Counted from the first letter of the stretch, positions 8,165 to 17,257 are shown. The stretch: DNA of 64,000 nucleotides from an uncultured Gammaproteobacteria bacterium (GCA_964485585.1 CAZAJT010000001.1:150-64149), one strand, 5' to 3'. Made by a program: numbers and translations. Notes: generated from the letters alone by a model not told the origin.

Positions 8165-9559
8165 CTAGATGTTTTTTATAGAAATCCCTAACTCATTTAA
8201 TTGTTTTTCTGTTACTTCTGAAGGAGCGTCCATGATGGAGGTCTTTCCGCCTGAAGTAGCCGGGAACGGAATCACTTCCCGTACTGATTGCTCACCGAAG
8301 AGAACCATGAGAAATCGGTCAATACCGGGAGCAATACCACCGTGGGGTGGTACACCATAGGTAAATGCGGTCAACATATGTTCGAACTGTTTTCTCTGCT
8401 CTGGTGCAAATCCGATGAGTTCAAAAATTTTGTTTTGCACATTCGGATCATGGATGCGGATACTTCCTCCTCCCACTTCATATCCGTTGAGTACCATATC
8501 ATGTTGTAGACCACGTACTCTCATCGGTTCAGCGTCCAGTAACGGAATGTCATCCGGATGGGGTGCGGTAAACATATGATGAGACGGTGCAAACTGAGCT
8601 TTCCCTGCGCCATGGAAATAATCTTTTGCCGATTGCTCGGTGAAGAGAGGAAAATCAACAATCCACGCAAACGCGAGTTCATTCTTGTCGTTTTTATCTT
8701 TCCGTAGATCGGGTCTGTCGCTTCCATATTTTTCCTGCGATTCCCGATGAGGTATTCGAGGCCAGGGAGTTTGAGTAATGTACTTCTCAGGAAATAGTTC
8801 TTTAATGAGAGCAGCGAATAATTCTTCAGTGAACGAAAGAATGTCGTCTTGGTTGACGAATGACATTTCGAGATCAAGTTGGGTGAATTCGCCATAGGCT
8901 CTGTCAGCGCGGGGATCTTCATCGCGGAAACAGCGGGCGATCTGAAAATATTTTTCTATACCCGCAACCATCAATAACTGTTTGTATTGTTGTGGCGATT
9001 GCGGAAGCGCATAAAATTTTCCTTTCTGGAGTCGAGATGGAACCAAAAAATCGCGAGCTCCCTCAGGAGTAGTTTTCGTTAGAATAGGTGTGTCAACCTC
9101 GACAAAACCTTTTACCGTTAAATAATTTCTGATAAACATAATCACGTTTGCCCGCATCATGAGGTTTTGCGTCATCCGTTGTCTTCGCAGGTCAAGATAT
9201 CGGTATTTGAGCCGTATTTCTTCATCAATTTCATACCCGTCAGTGTTAATTGGAATAGGAAGCGGTTGAGATTGAGAGAGCGTTTGTACTTCGCGTGCTT
9301 CAACCTCAATGGTTCCTGTTTTTATCTTTGGATTTACAAGGTTTTGGGGTCGTTCTTTTACGATACCTTTGATGCAAATGACATCTTCAGCGTTGAGCTC
9401 TCTCAGTATTTCTCCGCCAACGATCTGCACAATACCTGTTCTATCTCGCAGATCAATAAACACAACGCTTTTATGGTCGCGTTTCGAGTCAACCCAACCG
9501 TAGAGTTTGACTTCTTCTCTGACTTTATTAATGGTGTCTGCTACGGATAATTGTTTCAT
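8165..9559 (-). CDS. aspS: aspartyl-tRNA synthetase, bacterial-type but lacking the GAD insertion domain
   Basis: LPQSPQQYKQLLMVAGIEKYFQIARCFRDEDPRADR (motif 2 region) and GGGSIRIHD..GFDR-like motif 3. The start is taken at MKQLSV because the longer track ORF runs into the upstream repeat. Confidence 0.9.
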   Translation of the reverse strand: MKQLSVADTINKVREEVKLYGWVDSKRDHKSVVFIDLRDRTGIVQIVGGEILRELNAEDVICIKGIVKERPQNLVNPKIKTGTIEVEAREVQTLSQSQPLPIPINTDGYEIDEEIRLKYRYLDLRRQRMTQNLMMRANVIMFIRNYLTVKGFVEVDTPILTKTTPEGARDFLVPSRLQKGKFYALPQSPQQYKQLLMVAGIEKYFQIARCFRDEDPRADRAYGEFTQLDLEMSFVNQDDILSFTEELFAALIKELFPEKYITQTPWPRIPHRESQEKYGSDRPDLRKDKNDKNELAFAWIVDFPLFTEQSAKDYFHGAGKAQFAPSHHMFTAPHPDDIPLLDAEPMRVRGLQHDMVLNGYEVGGGSIRIHDPNVQNKIFELIGFAPEQRKQFEHMLTAFTYGVPPHGGIAPGIDRFLMVLFGEQSVREVIPFPATSGGKTSIMDAPSEVTEKQLNELGISIKNI

Positions 9560-9570
9560 ATACTGGTTGC

Positions 9571-9648
9571 AATATCTCAAATCGCAAATCGCAAATCGCA
9601 AATCTACAGTTTAAATCTAAAATCTTAATAATCTAGATTTGAGATTAT
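9571..9648. repeat. tandem ATCNNAA heptads closed by a 10-bp inverted repeat
   Basis: ATCTCAA ATCGCAA ATCGCAA ATCGCAA ATCTACA ... The arm ATCTCAAATC (9574-9583) is the exact reverse complement of GATTTGAGAT (9637-9646). Confidence 0.65.
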
Positions 9649-9680
9649 ATGCTAGCAATTATATTATGATTCTCTATGTA

Positions 9681-11366
9681 TCACAAGGAGTTGTGCCAAT
9701 GGATGAGTTTTCCCCGCAACCGTTCAGCGCCGTTCCAACGATCAATTTCTACCTTGTATACAATATCAATTGGTAGGCTTGGAGAGAGTTTGTTGAAATC
9801 CGAAGCTCGGGAGAACGCGATTAATTCAAGCGGAAAAGAATCTCCACCGGGTTCTCTCACGATCATTTTTAAATGTTCGCTCCGTTTCCCAAAAATCTGC
9901 GCATTAATAAGGAGAGCGTTGCTAAAAAAAACAGGCTGTGGGTTGCCAATACCAAATGGTTGCATCTTTTCAATCTGTTGCACCAGCTTGCGAGAGACTT
10001 TGGCAATGGGCAGTTTTACATCCGCCTCAATCACTTTAATGAGTTCATCATCGCGAATGATCGCTGCCGCCCTTTTTTGAGCTTCTGTTATGAAATTACT
10101 CAATTGAGCCGTATCAATAGTAAAGCCGGACGCTTGTGTATGGCCGCCGACATCAATAAGGTAGTCCTTCAGACCTTTTAAGAAATTTGTTATATGAAAT
10201 GAAGGAATCGAGCGGGCTGATCCCTTCAGAAATCCATCAACTTCTGTCATCACGATTGTTGGTCGAAAATACCGTTCTGTTATTTTTGAAGCAATAAGAC
10301 CGATAATTCCTTCGTGCCAGTGTTTTGAGGTAAGGATGATTATTTTTCCCAGCGGATCGATTGCAACTATTTTCTCAGCTTCCTCAAGGGCTTTTTTTAC
10401 CAGCTCTTGTCGTTGTTGATTGGTTCTCCCAATGTCCGCTGCCAATGTCTCAGCCTTTTTTCTGTCGGTGGTGCAGAGTAATCGAAGAGCATCGATTGCA
10501 TGTTCGAGTCGTCCTACCGCGTTAATACGGGGTCCGATAATGAATCCGACCTCATACGGAGTGATTGCTTTTCCTGCAATACCGGCTTCTTGCAAGATAC
10601 ATTGAATACCGGCGCGTGAAATCTTTGGAAATGCTGCAAGGCCGTATTTGACAATACTGCGCGCAGGTCCGACAAGGGGTACTAAGTCGGCAATTGTTCC
10701 AATGGAAGCGAGCGCAAGATAGTCTGTAGCGAAGTGAGAGGTGAGACGTTGGAAGTTAGAAGGAGAGATGTGTGACGAGAAGTGTTCAAAGAGCGCTTTG
10801 GAAAAAAAATAGGAAACGCTTGATCCTGAAAGTTGAGGAAGATGAAATACTGCAAGCGCATCATCCGGTGGTGTTTCGGATTTCAGATGATGATCAGTTA
10901 CTATAATTGGAATCCCGAGTGATTTAGCATACGTTATTTTCTCAGCAGCTGTAATTCCATGGTCAACACTGATGATTAATGAAGGGTTGTACTCTTTTTT
11001 CACGTGGTCTATTCCCTTCACCGAGAAACCATATCCTTCTAATTTTCGATGGGGAACATAGGGAATCGCGTCAAAACCCATAAGATGCAATGTTTCCCAC
11101 AAAATCGCCCCCCCCGTAATCCCATCGGCATCATAATCAGTATAGACGACCACTTTTTGTTTATTTTCCCGTATTCTTTCAAGAATGTTGAGAGCGGCTG
11201 CAAGCTCTTTTTTAAACCCAAAATTATTTAAGGAAAGAGTAATAGGAGATGGTGGGTTTTGAAACTCTGCAATATTTTCTATTTTTCTGTCTTCCAATAT
11301 GTACTGGAGAATTTGCGTTTCATTGAGATCGTCGTCTTTAATTTCTCGCTTGAACACGATTTTCAT
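9681..11366 (-). CDS. recJ: single-stranded-DNA-specific exonuclease RecJ
   Basis: DHH-family motifs (VYTDYDADGITGG, VTDHH) and a 560-aa size. ATG 11366 overlaps the upstream stop as ATGA. Confidence 0.9.
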   Translation of the reverse strand: MKIVFKREIKDDDLNETQILQYILEDRKIENIAEFQNPPSPITLSLNNFGFKKELAAALNILERIRENKQKVVVYTDYDADGITGGAILWETLHLMGFDAIPYVPHRKLEGYGFSVKGIDHVKKEYNPSLIISVDHGITAAEKITYAKSLGIPIIVTDHHLKSETPPDDALAVFHLPQLSGSSVSYFFSKALFEHFSSHISPSNFQRLTSHFATDYLALASIGTIADLVPLVGPARSIVKYGLAAFPKISRAGIQCILQEAGIAGKAITPYEVGFIIGPRINAVGRLEHAIDALRLLCTTDRKKAETLAADIGRTNQQRQELVKKALEEAEKIVAIDPLGKIIILTSKHWHEGIIGLIASKITERYFRPTIVMTEVDGFLKGSARSIPSFHITNFLKGLKDYLIDVGGHTQASGFTIDTAQLSNFITEAQKRAAAIIRDDELIKVIEADVKLPIAKVSRKLVQQIEKMQPFGIGNPQPVFFSNALLINAQIFGKRSEHLKMIVREPGGDSFPLELIAFSRASDFNKLSPSLPIDIVYKVEIDRWNGAERLRGKLIHWHNSL

Positions 11367-12259
11367 ACATGTTTCCAACCGAGCTCCCGTTTTATTTTTT
11401 CGACAGTTTTTTCATAGTCCGTTTTCTCAAGTTGGTTATTCAGTATACAATATTTCTTGTTGCTTAATCCAACACAACCAAAGCATTCTTCACAGTTTCT
11501 TAAGTACGATGAATAATGACAATTTATACAATCACTGGTTGATTGGAGGTGAGTGCAGTTATAACAACCATTACAATCAATCATTTCATAACATAGTTCC
11601 ATACCAGCACCTGAAAAAAACATATCCCAACAGTGTGTAGTTCGAACGCCGCCGAGGAACACATATCCTGAATCCTCAAGTGAATAGGTGTTAAATCCCC
11701 AATATACATTTTTTGATCCATAGAGATAATCTCCATAGGGGCAGTTAATGTTTTGATGTTGAAAACTTTGAGGTATAGGTAGTTTGCGCTTTAGATTGGT
11801 AAACTTTTCCATTAAAACCGAGGGTTTTTCTTTTTTAAACTCTTGCACTTTTTTGAAATATTCTTCCTTTGTGTATTGTTTGTTAAAGATACAGTATTCC
11901 TTAAATGACAAACCCGCGCAGCCAAAACAATTTGTACAACTAACGCATAAGAAACAATAATTGCAGTCAATACATTCATTGCAATTTTGAATGTAGGTGC
12001 ATTTGTAGCATTTGTTGGAGTCCACCGATTGGTAGCAGAGCTCTGATTGGGTGCAAAAATCACAGTCAGCCAGGTAGTTTCCCCAGCAGCTTGTACAATG
12101 TACAGAATCTTCTATTAAAGCGCAATCAAAACAATAGGAAGATTTTTTACTTTGATACACGTAATCAACATATGAACAATTTTCGGTGAATTGCCCAACA
12201 TGAACAGCTGGTACCGGGACAGATTTTTTTAAAAGTTCATATTTTTGCAAGAAATCCAT
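11363..12259 (-). CDS. cysteine-rich repeat protein of unknown function
   Basis: A 298-aa ORF with two blocks of dense CxxC ladders (NCNECIDCNYCFLCVSCTNCFGCAGLSFKEYCIFN; DCNGCYNCTH..CINCH..NCEECFGCVGLSNKKYCILN). No known domain recognised. Confidence 0.7.
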   Translation of the reverse strand: MDFLQKYELLKKSVPVPAVHVGQFTENCSYVDYVYQSKKSSYCFDCALIEDSVHCTSCWGNYLADCDFCTQSELCYQSVDSNKCYKCTYIQNCNECIDCNYCFLCVSCTNCFGCAGLSFKEYCIFNKQYTKEEYFKKVQEFKKEKPSVLMEKFTNLKRKLPIPQSFQHQNINCPYGDYLYGSKNVYWGFNTYSLEDSGYVFLGGVRTTHCWDMFFSGAGMELCYEMIDCNGCYNCTHLQSTSDCINCHYSSYLRNCEECFGCVGLSNKKYCILNNQLEKTDYEKTVEKIKRELGWKHV

Positions 12260-12262
12260 AGC

Positions 12263-12538
12263 TTATTTTGTTAGATCAACATCGCTGCGGAAATGAGCGT
12301 AACATTTTAGGCAGTACACCGTAAGTCCTTTTTTTGGATTGTGGGTTGTTACCATTTCTTGGCCGCATTTGGCACAAGGGTACTTATAGAATTTTCGTTC
12401 ATTTCTTTGCGCCTCACGAAGTTTTTGTCGACAGAAAGGACAACGATCGGGTTTTGGCAAGCCCATTTTGTCGTAAAATTCCTGCTCCTGTGGAATAATT
12501 TTGAATTCCTTTTTACATTGTATACAGATTTGCGACAT
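12263..12538 (-). CDS. zinc-ribbon protein (4 x CxxC) of unknown function
   Basis: A 91-aa ORF with CIQC..CPFC..CAKC..CLKC. It lies 3 nt upstream of the Cys-rich gene on the same strand. Confidence 0.65.
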   Translation of the reverse strand: MSQICIQCKKEFKIIPQEQEFYDKMGLPKPDRCPFCRQKLREAQRNERKFYKYPCAKCGQEMVTTHNPKKGLTVYCLKCYAHFRSDVDLTK

Positions 12539-12580
12539 ATGTTTTACCTAGAAGTTATCTCTAAACCCACGGATATGGAT

Positions 12581-12672
12581 TGTCATTGCGAGCCAAACAT
12601 ACTATGGCGAAGCAATCTCATAAATAAATGGGATTGCCGCGTCTCAGCCATTGGCTGATCCTCGCAATGACA
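12581..12672. repeat. nested-hairpin MITE/REP-like element, copy A
   Basis: The outer inverted repeat is TGTCATTGCGAG (12581-12592) / CTCGCAATGACA (12661-12672). The inner stem is GCGAAGCAATCTC / GGGATTGCCGC. Confidence 0.8.
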
Positions 12673-12733
12673 TACACTTAGGTATTGAAATGAGTTCTAG
12701 ACTGAATTTTACCACGAATTGTTTTATATGTAG

Positions 12734-13720
12734 TTATTCAATGAGTTTCTCTTGTTTAGTTGAAGTAGGTAAAGTGCGGGTTGAGGAGAGTTTTTGTCCG
12801 AGTGATGTAAAAATTTTCGATACGTGTGATGACTGATTGTATGCATTTGAGATGTGTCTTTGTAATATTGAAAGCGCATCATCAGCTTTTTCGTAATCTT
12901 TTTTTATTGAAGAGAGTATGGTGAGGATTTCTTTTGCCTGAGACTGGATTCGTTGACCTTCAAACGACATCAATATGGCTTTCATATAGGCATAAAAGCA
13001 GAGCGGGGATACGGGGAGTGTACGTTTTCTCGCTGCGTATTCAAGAAGTTCCTGATTGGTAAGGATTTCGTAGTATATTGTCTCAGATGGGATATAGATA
13101 ATCGCATAATCGACGGTTCCTTCCGACACCAATATATATTTTTTTGCGATGTCTTCGATATGTTTTTTCACATCCTGCGTAAACTGTTTTTTTAATTTAT
13201 TTTTTTCCTCCTCTTGTATCTGAGAGTGCATCTTTCGAAAATTCTCCATCGGAAACTTAGAATCAATAGGTATAATGCCTTGCGAGGTTTTAATTATCGC
13301 ATCAACTCGATCTCCGCTCTTAAAACTGTATTGAAGCACATATGATTCCGGCGGAAAGTACTGCGCAAGGAGATCTTTGAGAATATTTTCTCCAATAGTT
13401 CCTCGAAGTTTTGGTGAAGAAAGAAATTGTTGCAATTCTCGCATCGATCTACCGATTTCAGAAAACTCACCAATACTTTTCTGTACGTGTCCAATAATAA
13501 CGGCTGCATTATCCAATCTGCTATTAAATAACTGCATGTTTTTGGTTAGTTTTTCGTCTACTATCTGCGATGAAGTTTCTACTCTTCTCCCCAATTCTTT
13601 CAACCACTCGATGAGTTCACCGGAGGTATTCATATTTTTTTCTATCCTGTTCAGCCATATTCGTACAATTAAGAGAATGATGAAAGCGAGTATGATGAAG
13701 CCGATGAGGATTTCAAGCAC
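12734..13720 (-). CDS. rmuC: DNA recombination protein RmuC
   Basis: An N-terminal TM plus coiled coil, then LRGTIGENILKDLL..YVLQYSF..DRVDAIIKT..IIPIDSKFPMENF, which fits the RmuC nuclease-like core. Confidence 0.8.
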   Translation of the reverse strand: MLEILIGFIILAFIILLIVRIWLNRIEKNMNTSGELIEWLKELGRRVETSSQIVDEKLTKNMQLFNSRLDNAAVIIGHVQKSIGEFSEIGRSMRELQQFLSSPKLRGTIGENILKDLLAQYFPPESYVLQYSFKSGDRVDAIIKTSQGIIPIDSKFPMENFRKMHSQIQEEEKNKLKKQFTQDVKKHIEDIAKKYILVSEGTVDYAIIYIPSETIYYEILTNQELLEYAARKRTLPVSPLCFYAYMKAILMSFEGQRIQSQAKEILTILSSIKKDYEKADDALSILQRHISNAYNQSSHVSKIFTSLGQKLSSTRTLPTSTKQEKLIE

Positions 13721-13734
13721 AGAATACTAGTATA

Positions 13735-14727
13735 TCACAGAAGACCGGTGCCTCGGAATATCTTTGGTTTCAGCCAATCTTGTGCGTTTTCTCCAGTTTG
13801 CTGGCTTTCTGTATTTTCTTTTTCTACTTCTTCAATCGGTTTTGCCTGCTCAAACGACTGATTTTGCTTTCCCGCAGGATGCTGTATCTGGACCTCACGC
13901 TGGGGGGAAGAGATAGGTTGAGGAGCATAATGTTTTTTTGGTGCAAATGCGGCTTGAGGTTGTTGGGGGAAAGATGCGATCCCCGGCTTCTTGATCTGCT
14001 TTTTCAGAGCGCCAAGCCGGAGAAGATATGCGGCAGTTTCAAATGTATCAGCGTTTACTGAAAACGAAGAAAAATTATTCGTTGCCGCAACGAGACCGGC
14101 ATAGAGATTCGTTGCAATATCTTTATCAATTTCTCCATCGATTTCTTTCAAAAAACGTACAGCAAGTTCACTCGTAGACGAGCTCGTTTTATTGACAATA
14201 TTAATCATTCCGTAGAAATCGTTTACCAGATGTCTGTCAATATTAATAATAGTTTTACCCTGGAATTGTTCTCTGTTTTCAAGAAAGATCTTACCTAAAG
14301 TGTTGAGATTGGGAGTATCAATCGTGATGATGAAATCGAGTGCGCCGCCTGAATAAGAGAACTTTACCTGAGACGGATCTAATTTTTGTTTTCCGGCGCG
14401 GGGAGTGACGATAAGATTAAATACGTCTGCTTGAATATTGTAGTCGACTTTGTCGATTGACCCATCAATGTAAGGGAATGCTATAACCAAATTATCTCCC
14501 GGTACTACGAGCTCTCTTTGAATCTTATCTGCGGCAACAAGATCGCTTTTTGGCGCTGTTTCGCATACCAAAGTAATTGTTTTCCCAATCTTTGTCAACA
14601 CAAGATAGATTGCGGTAGCAGCAGCTATAGCATCGGCGCTGGGGTTGGTCGGTAGAACAATAGCGCCGGACATTGATTTCTGGATTACTTCACTGAGTCG
14701 GGATAGGTTATTTTCGTCAGGTTGCAT
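13735..14727 (-). CDS. DHH/DHHA1 (NrnA-like) protein with substituted catalytic motifs and a Q/P-rich tail
   Basis: The architecture follows NrnA, but NPDGDxxGS reads NPSADAIAA, IDHH reads IDRH and DTGxF reads ATNNF. The start is taken at MQPDENN (ATG 14727), 5 nt after the infB stop. Confidence 0.6.
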   Translation of the reverse strand: MQPDENNLSRLSEVIQKSMSGAIVLPTNPSADAIAAATAIYLVLTKIGKTITLVCETAPKSDLVAADKIQRELVVPGDNLVIAFPYIDGSIDKVDYNIQADVFNLIVTPRAGKQKLDPSQVKFSYSGGALDFIITIDTPNLNTLGKIFLENREQFQGKTIINIDRHLVNDFYGMINIVNKTSSSTSELAVRFLKEIDGEIDKDIATNLYAGLVAATNNFSSFSVNADTFETAAYLLRLGALKKQIKKPGIASFPQQPQAAFAPKKHYAPQPISSPQREVQIQHPAGKQNQSFEQAKPIEEVEKENTESQQTGENAQDWLKPKIFRGTGLL

Positions 14728-14731
14728 AATA

Positions 14732-16177
14732 CTATAAGACAGATTGTACCACATCCCCTACGTTAGTGTCAAGCGGCGGATTCATGACAATTCCTGCTTC
14801 CTGGTCTTTCTTTACCTCAGAGACAGCTTTTGCCCGTTGTTTTAATGAGACCAGCTTTGTTTTCCCTATAAGATTTTTTCCTCTGAACACTTCAAGATTG
14901 TCACCAAGGTTGAGTTTTCCTTTCGTTACGGTTATGCCGTATACGTTTTCACCCTCTATCAGGAAAGTGGCGAGGATTTTTGCCTCCCCTTTCAAAGTTT
15001 TCTCGCGTAATTCCTTCTCTTTTAGTAAATCTGCTACCTCTCCGAGTTCTTCTAGGAGTTTGTAGATAATATTATAGGTTCTAATCACAATTTTTTCCTG
15101 TTTTGCAACCTCATTTACCTCGTCCCCGAGATATACTGAAAAACCAATAATGATTGATTGTGTTGTTTTGGCAAGAAAAACATCCGAGTGGTTAATATTT
15201 CCAACGCTACTCATAACGATTTTCACATGGGGATTATTACCGAGAGTGTTGATAATGGCGTCTAATGAGCCTTGAGAATCTGCTTTTACTATGAGTGATA
15301 ATTTTTTGTCTTCTGGTTTTTGCAGGAGATTGTCCATAGTGATCATTTTCAGCTCATGCGGTTGGACTTCTTGTTTTAATGTCTGTTGTGGTGTCGAGGT
15401 GATCTTCATCCCCACTGCAGGCATGGTTTTGAATCCCAAAACCTCTATCGGCATTGAAGGTTGAGCAACAGTTACGACATCACCGAGGTCATTCACCATC
15501 GATCTCACCCGCGCTTTTGATTCTCCCGCATAGATGGTGTCGCCGACTCGCAATATGCCATCTTTTACTATGATGCTTACGACAATACCCCGCTCATCTT
15601 TTTTAGTTTCAATAATATGCGCAAGCGGCGGTGTTGCCGGATCATATACGAGTTTGAGGTCTGCGGCGATAAGGAGTAATAGTTCAAGCAATTCTGATAC
15701 ATGGCTACCGGTTTTTGCAGATATTTCAATAGTTGGTACCGTGCCACCCTTATCTTCGACAATCACCTCATGTTTCACCAGATCGTTTTTTACTTTCGAA
15801 GGATTTGCGTCGGGGAGGTCTATTTTATTAATTGCTACAACAAATGGTATTTGAGCGCTCTTGATGTGAGATATGGATTCTATTGTTTGTGGTTTGAGTG
15901 AATCTTTCGCATCGATGAGAAGGATTGCGATATCGGCGATCGTTGCGCCTCGCGCCCGAAGCATCGAGAACGCTTCATGTCCGGGTGTATCGATAAAGGT
16001 GATGCGATTCGTGGTGTATCCTTTGACTGGTACCGTAATGGCATATGCGCCGATTCGCTGCGTTATACCACCATGTTCCTTTTCAGCGATACGACTTTTA
16101 CGAATGTAGTCGAGCAATGTGGTCTTTCCGTGATCAACGTGGCCTAATATAGTGACTACTGGTGGTCTTGGTTTCAT
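14732..16177 (-). CDS. infB: translation initiation factor IF-2, minimal form starting at the G domain
   Basis: [35 protein letters not shown]. It is 481 aa with no N-terminal extension. Confidence 0.92.
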   Translation of the reverse strand: MKPRPPVVTILGHVDHGKTTLLDYIRKSRIAEKEHGGITQRIGAYAITVPVKGYTTNRITFIDTPGHEAFSMLRARGATIADIAILLIDAKDSLKPQTIESISHIKSAQIPFVVAINKIDLPDANPSKVKNDLVKHEVIVEDKGGTVPTIEISAKTGSHVSELLELLLLIAADLKLVYDPATPPLAHIIETKKDERGIVVSIIVKDGILRVGDTIYAGESKARVRSMVNDLGDVVTVAQPSMPIEVLGFKTMPAVGMKITSTPQQTLKQEVQPHELKMITMDNLLQKPEDKKLSLIVKADSQGSLDAIINTLGNNPHVKIVMSSVGNINHSDVFLAKTTQSIIIGFSVYLGDEVNEVAKQEKIVIRTYNIIYKLLEELGEVADLLKEKELREKTLKGEAKILATFLIEGENVYGITVTKGKLNLGDNLEVFRGKNLIGKTKLVSLKQRAKAVSEVKKDQEAGIVMNPPLDTNVGDVVQSVL

Positions 16178-16216
16178 AATTGAAAAGGGTTAAGCGGTAA
16201 GGGTTAAAGGGAAGTT

Positions 16217-17257
16217 TTACGCTTCGCCCTTATCGTTTTCAACCGACTCCTTAACTTCTGTTTCCACGTGCTCATCTGGGATGGGTGGAGGAGCTGGTTT
16301 CTTTTGAGAAGCGGCCTGTACAATATCTATTTCGTAACTAGTCAGCTTTGATGCAAGGTTGACGTTAATACCGTTTTTACCAATTGCAAGGGGAGCTTGT
16401 GATTCATCAACGTTTACTGTAGCTTTTTTTGCCTCTTCATCAAGATGAACGTCGAGAATCTTTGCCGGTGAGAGCGCTGCGGTGAGAAAGATTTTTATAT
16501 CGCTATTCCATTGAATAATATCAATCTTCTCCTGACCTCCGAGTTCGTCAGTGACGGTTTGCACCCGCACCCCCTTTTGACCAACGCATGCGCCAACCGG
16601 GTCAACGCCACCCTGACTGCTAAAAACTGCGAGTTTTGCCCGCTCACCTGGCTCACGTACGATTATTTTAATTTCTACCGTGCCATTACTTATTTCAGGC
16701 ACCTCGCGTTTAAATAGCTCTGCGATTAATTGTGGATCGTTTCGAGAAAGAATGATACGAGAATAACCGTGCTTATCTTCATTAATATCTTTAAGAAAAA
16801 ATAGTAAGGAAGTATTTACCGCATACTTTTCATTTCTGATTTGTTCTTCTCGGGGAAGTACCGCCTCGGTTTTCCCAATATCAACATACGCACTATAGCC
16901 ATCGTATCGTATAACCCTGCCACGGATTAGTTGTCCTATTTGGGATTTGTAGTGTGCGATGACTGTTTTTTTTTCAGCCTCTCGTATTTTCTGAAGAATC
17001 ACTTGTCGCGCCGTTTGTGCAGCTATTCTTCCAAATCCCGCAGGTGTAATATCTTGACCGTCTTTGAGGATCTTGGTTTCGCCAGTTTCTTTATTAATTT
17101 TCACTTCTACATCTTCTTCAAACATCTCTGGATACTCTTTCTTGAATGCTGCGATTATGGCAGCTTCAATAGATTGAATGACGTCGTCAGCCGAGATGCC
17201 CCTTTCAGTTGCAACCTGATTTAAGGCTAATGCAAATTCGCTTCTGATAATACTCAT
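16217..17257 (-). CDS. nusA: transcription termination/antitermination factor NusA
   Basis: It has the N-terminal domain, S1 (GRVIRYDGYSAYVDIG) and two KH domains (GACVGQKGVRVQ, AIGKNGINVNLA), and lies directly upstream of infB. Confidence 0.92.
   Translation of the reverse strand: MSIIRSEFALALNQVATERGISADDVIQSIEAAIIAAFKKEYPEMFEEDVEVKINKETGETKILKDGQDITPAGFGRIAAQTARQVILQKIREAEKKTVIAHYKSQIGQLIRGRVIRYDGYSAYVDIGKTEAVLPREEQIRNEKYAVNTSLLFFLKDINEDKHGYSRIILSRNDPQLIAELFKREVPEISNGTVEIKIIVREPGERAKLAVFSSQGGVDPVGACVGQKGVRVQTVTDELGGQEKIDIIQWNSDIKIFLTAALSPAKILDVHLDEEAKKATVNVDESQAPLAIGKNGINVNLASKLTSYEIDIVQAASQKKPAPPPIPDEHVETEVKESVENDKGEA

Noticed and set aside
9571-9648. CRISPR array interpretation of the tandem repeats (also 35871-35908, 48241-48270)
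   Set aside because: The period is only 7 nt, with no spacers, and no cas genes are nearby. These are microsatellite-like or hairpin repeats.
9676-10181. Antisense or shadow ORFs inside long genes (examples 9676-10080 and 9873-10181 opposite recJ; many similar 60-140-aa entries throughout the track)
   Set aside because: They lie entirely within confidently identified genes on the other strand or frame and have low-complexity, Ser/Leu/Arg-rich translations typical of shadow ORFs.
12341-12658. Track ORF (+, 105 aa) ending ..MDCHCEPNILWRSNLINKWDCRVSAIG
   Set aside because: Its 5' half is antisense to the well-supported zinc-ribbon gene, and its 3' half is simply the translation of repeat element copy A. 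It has no start context.
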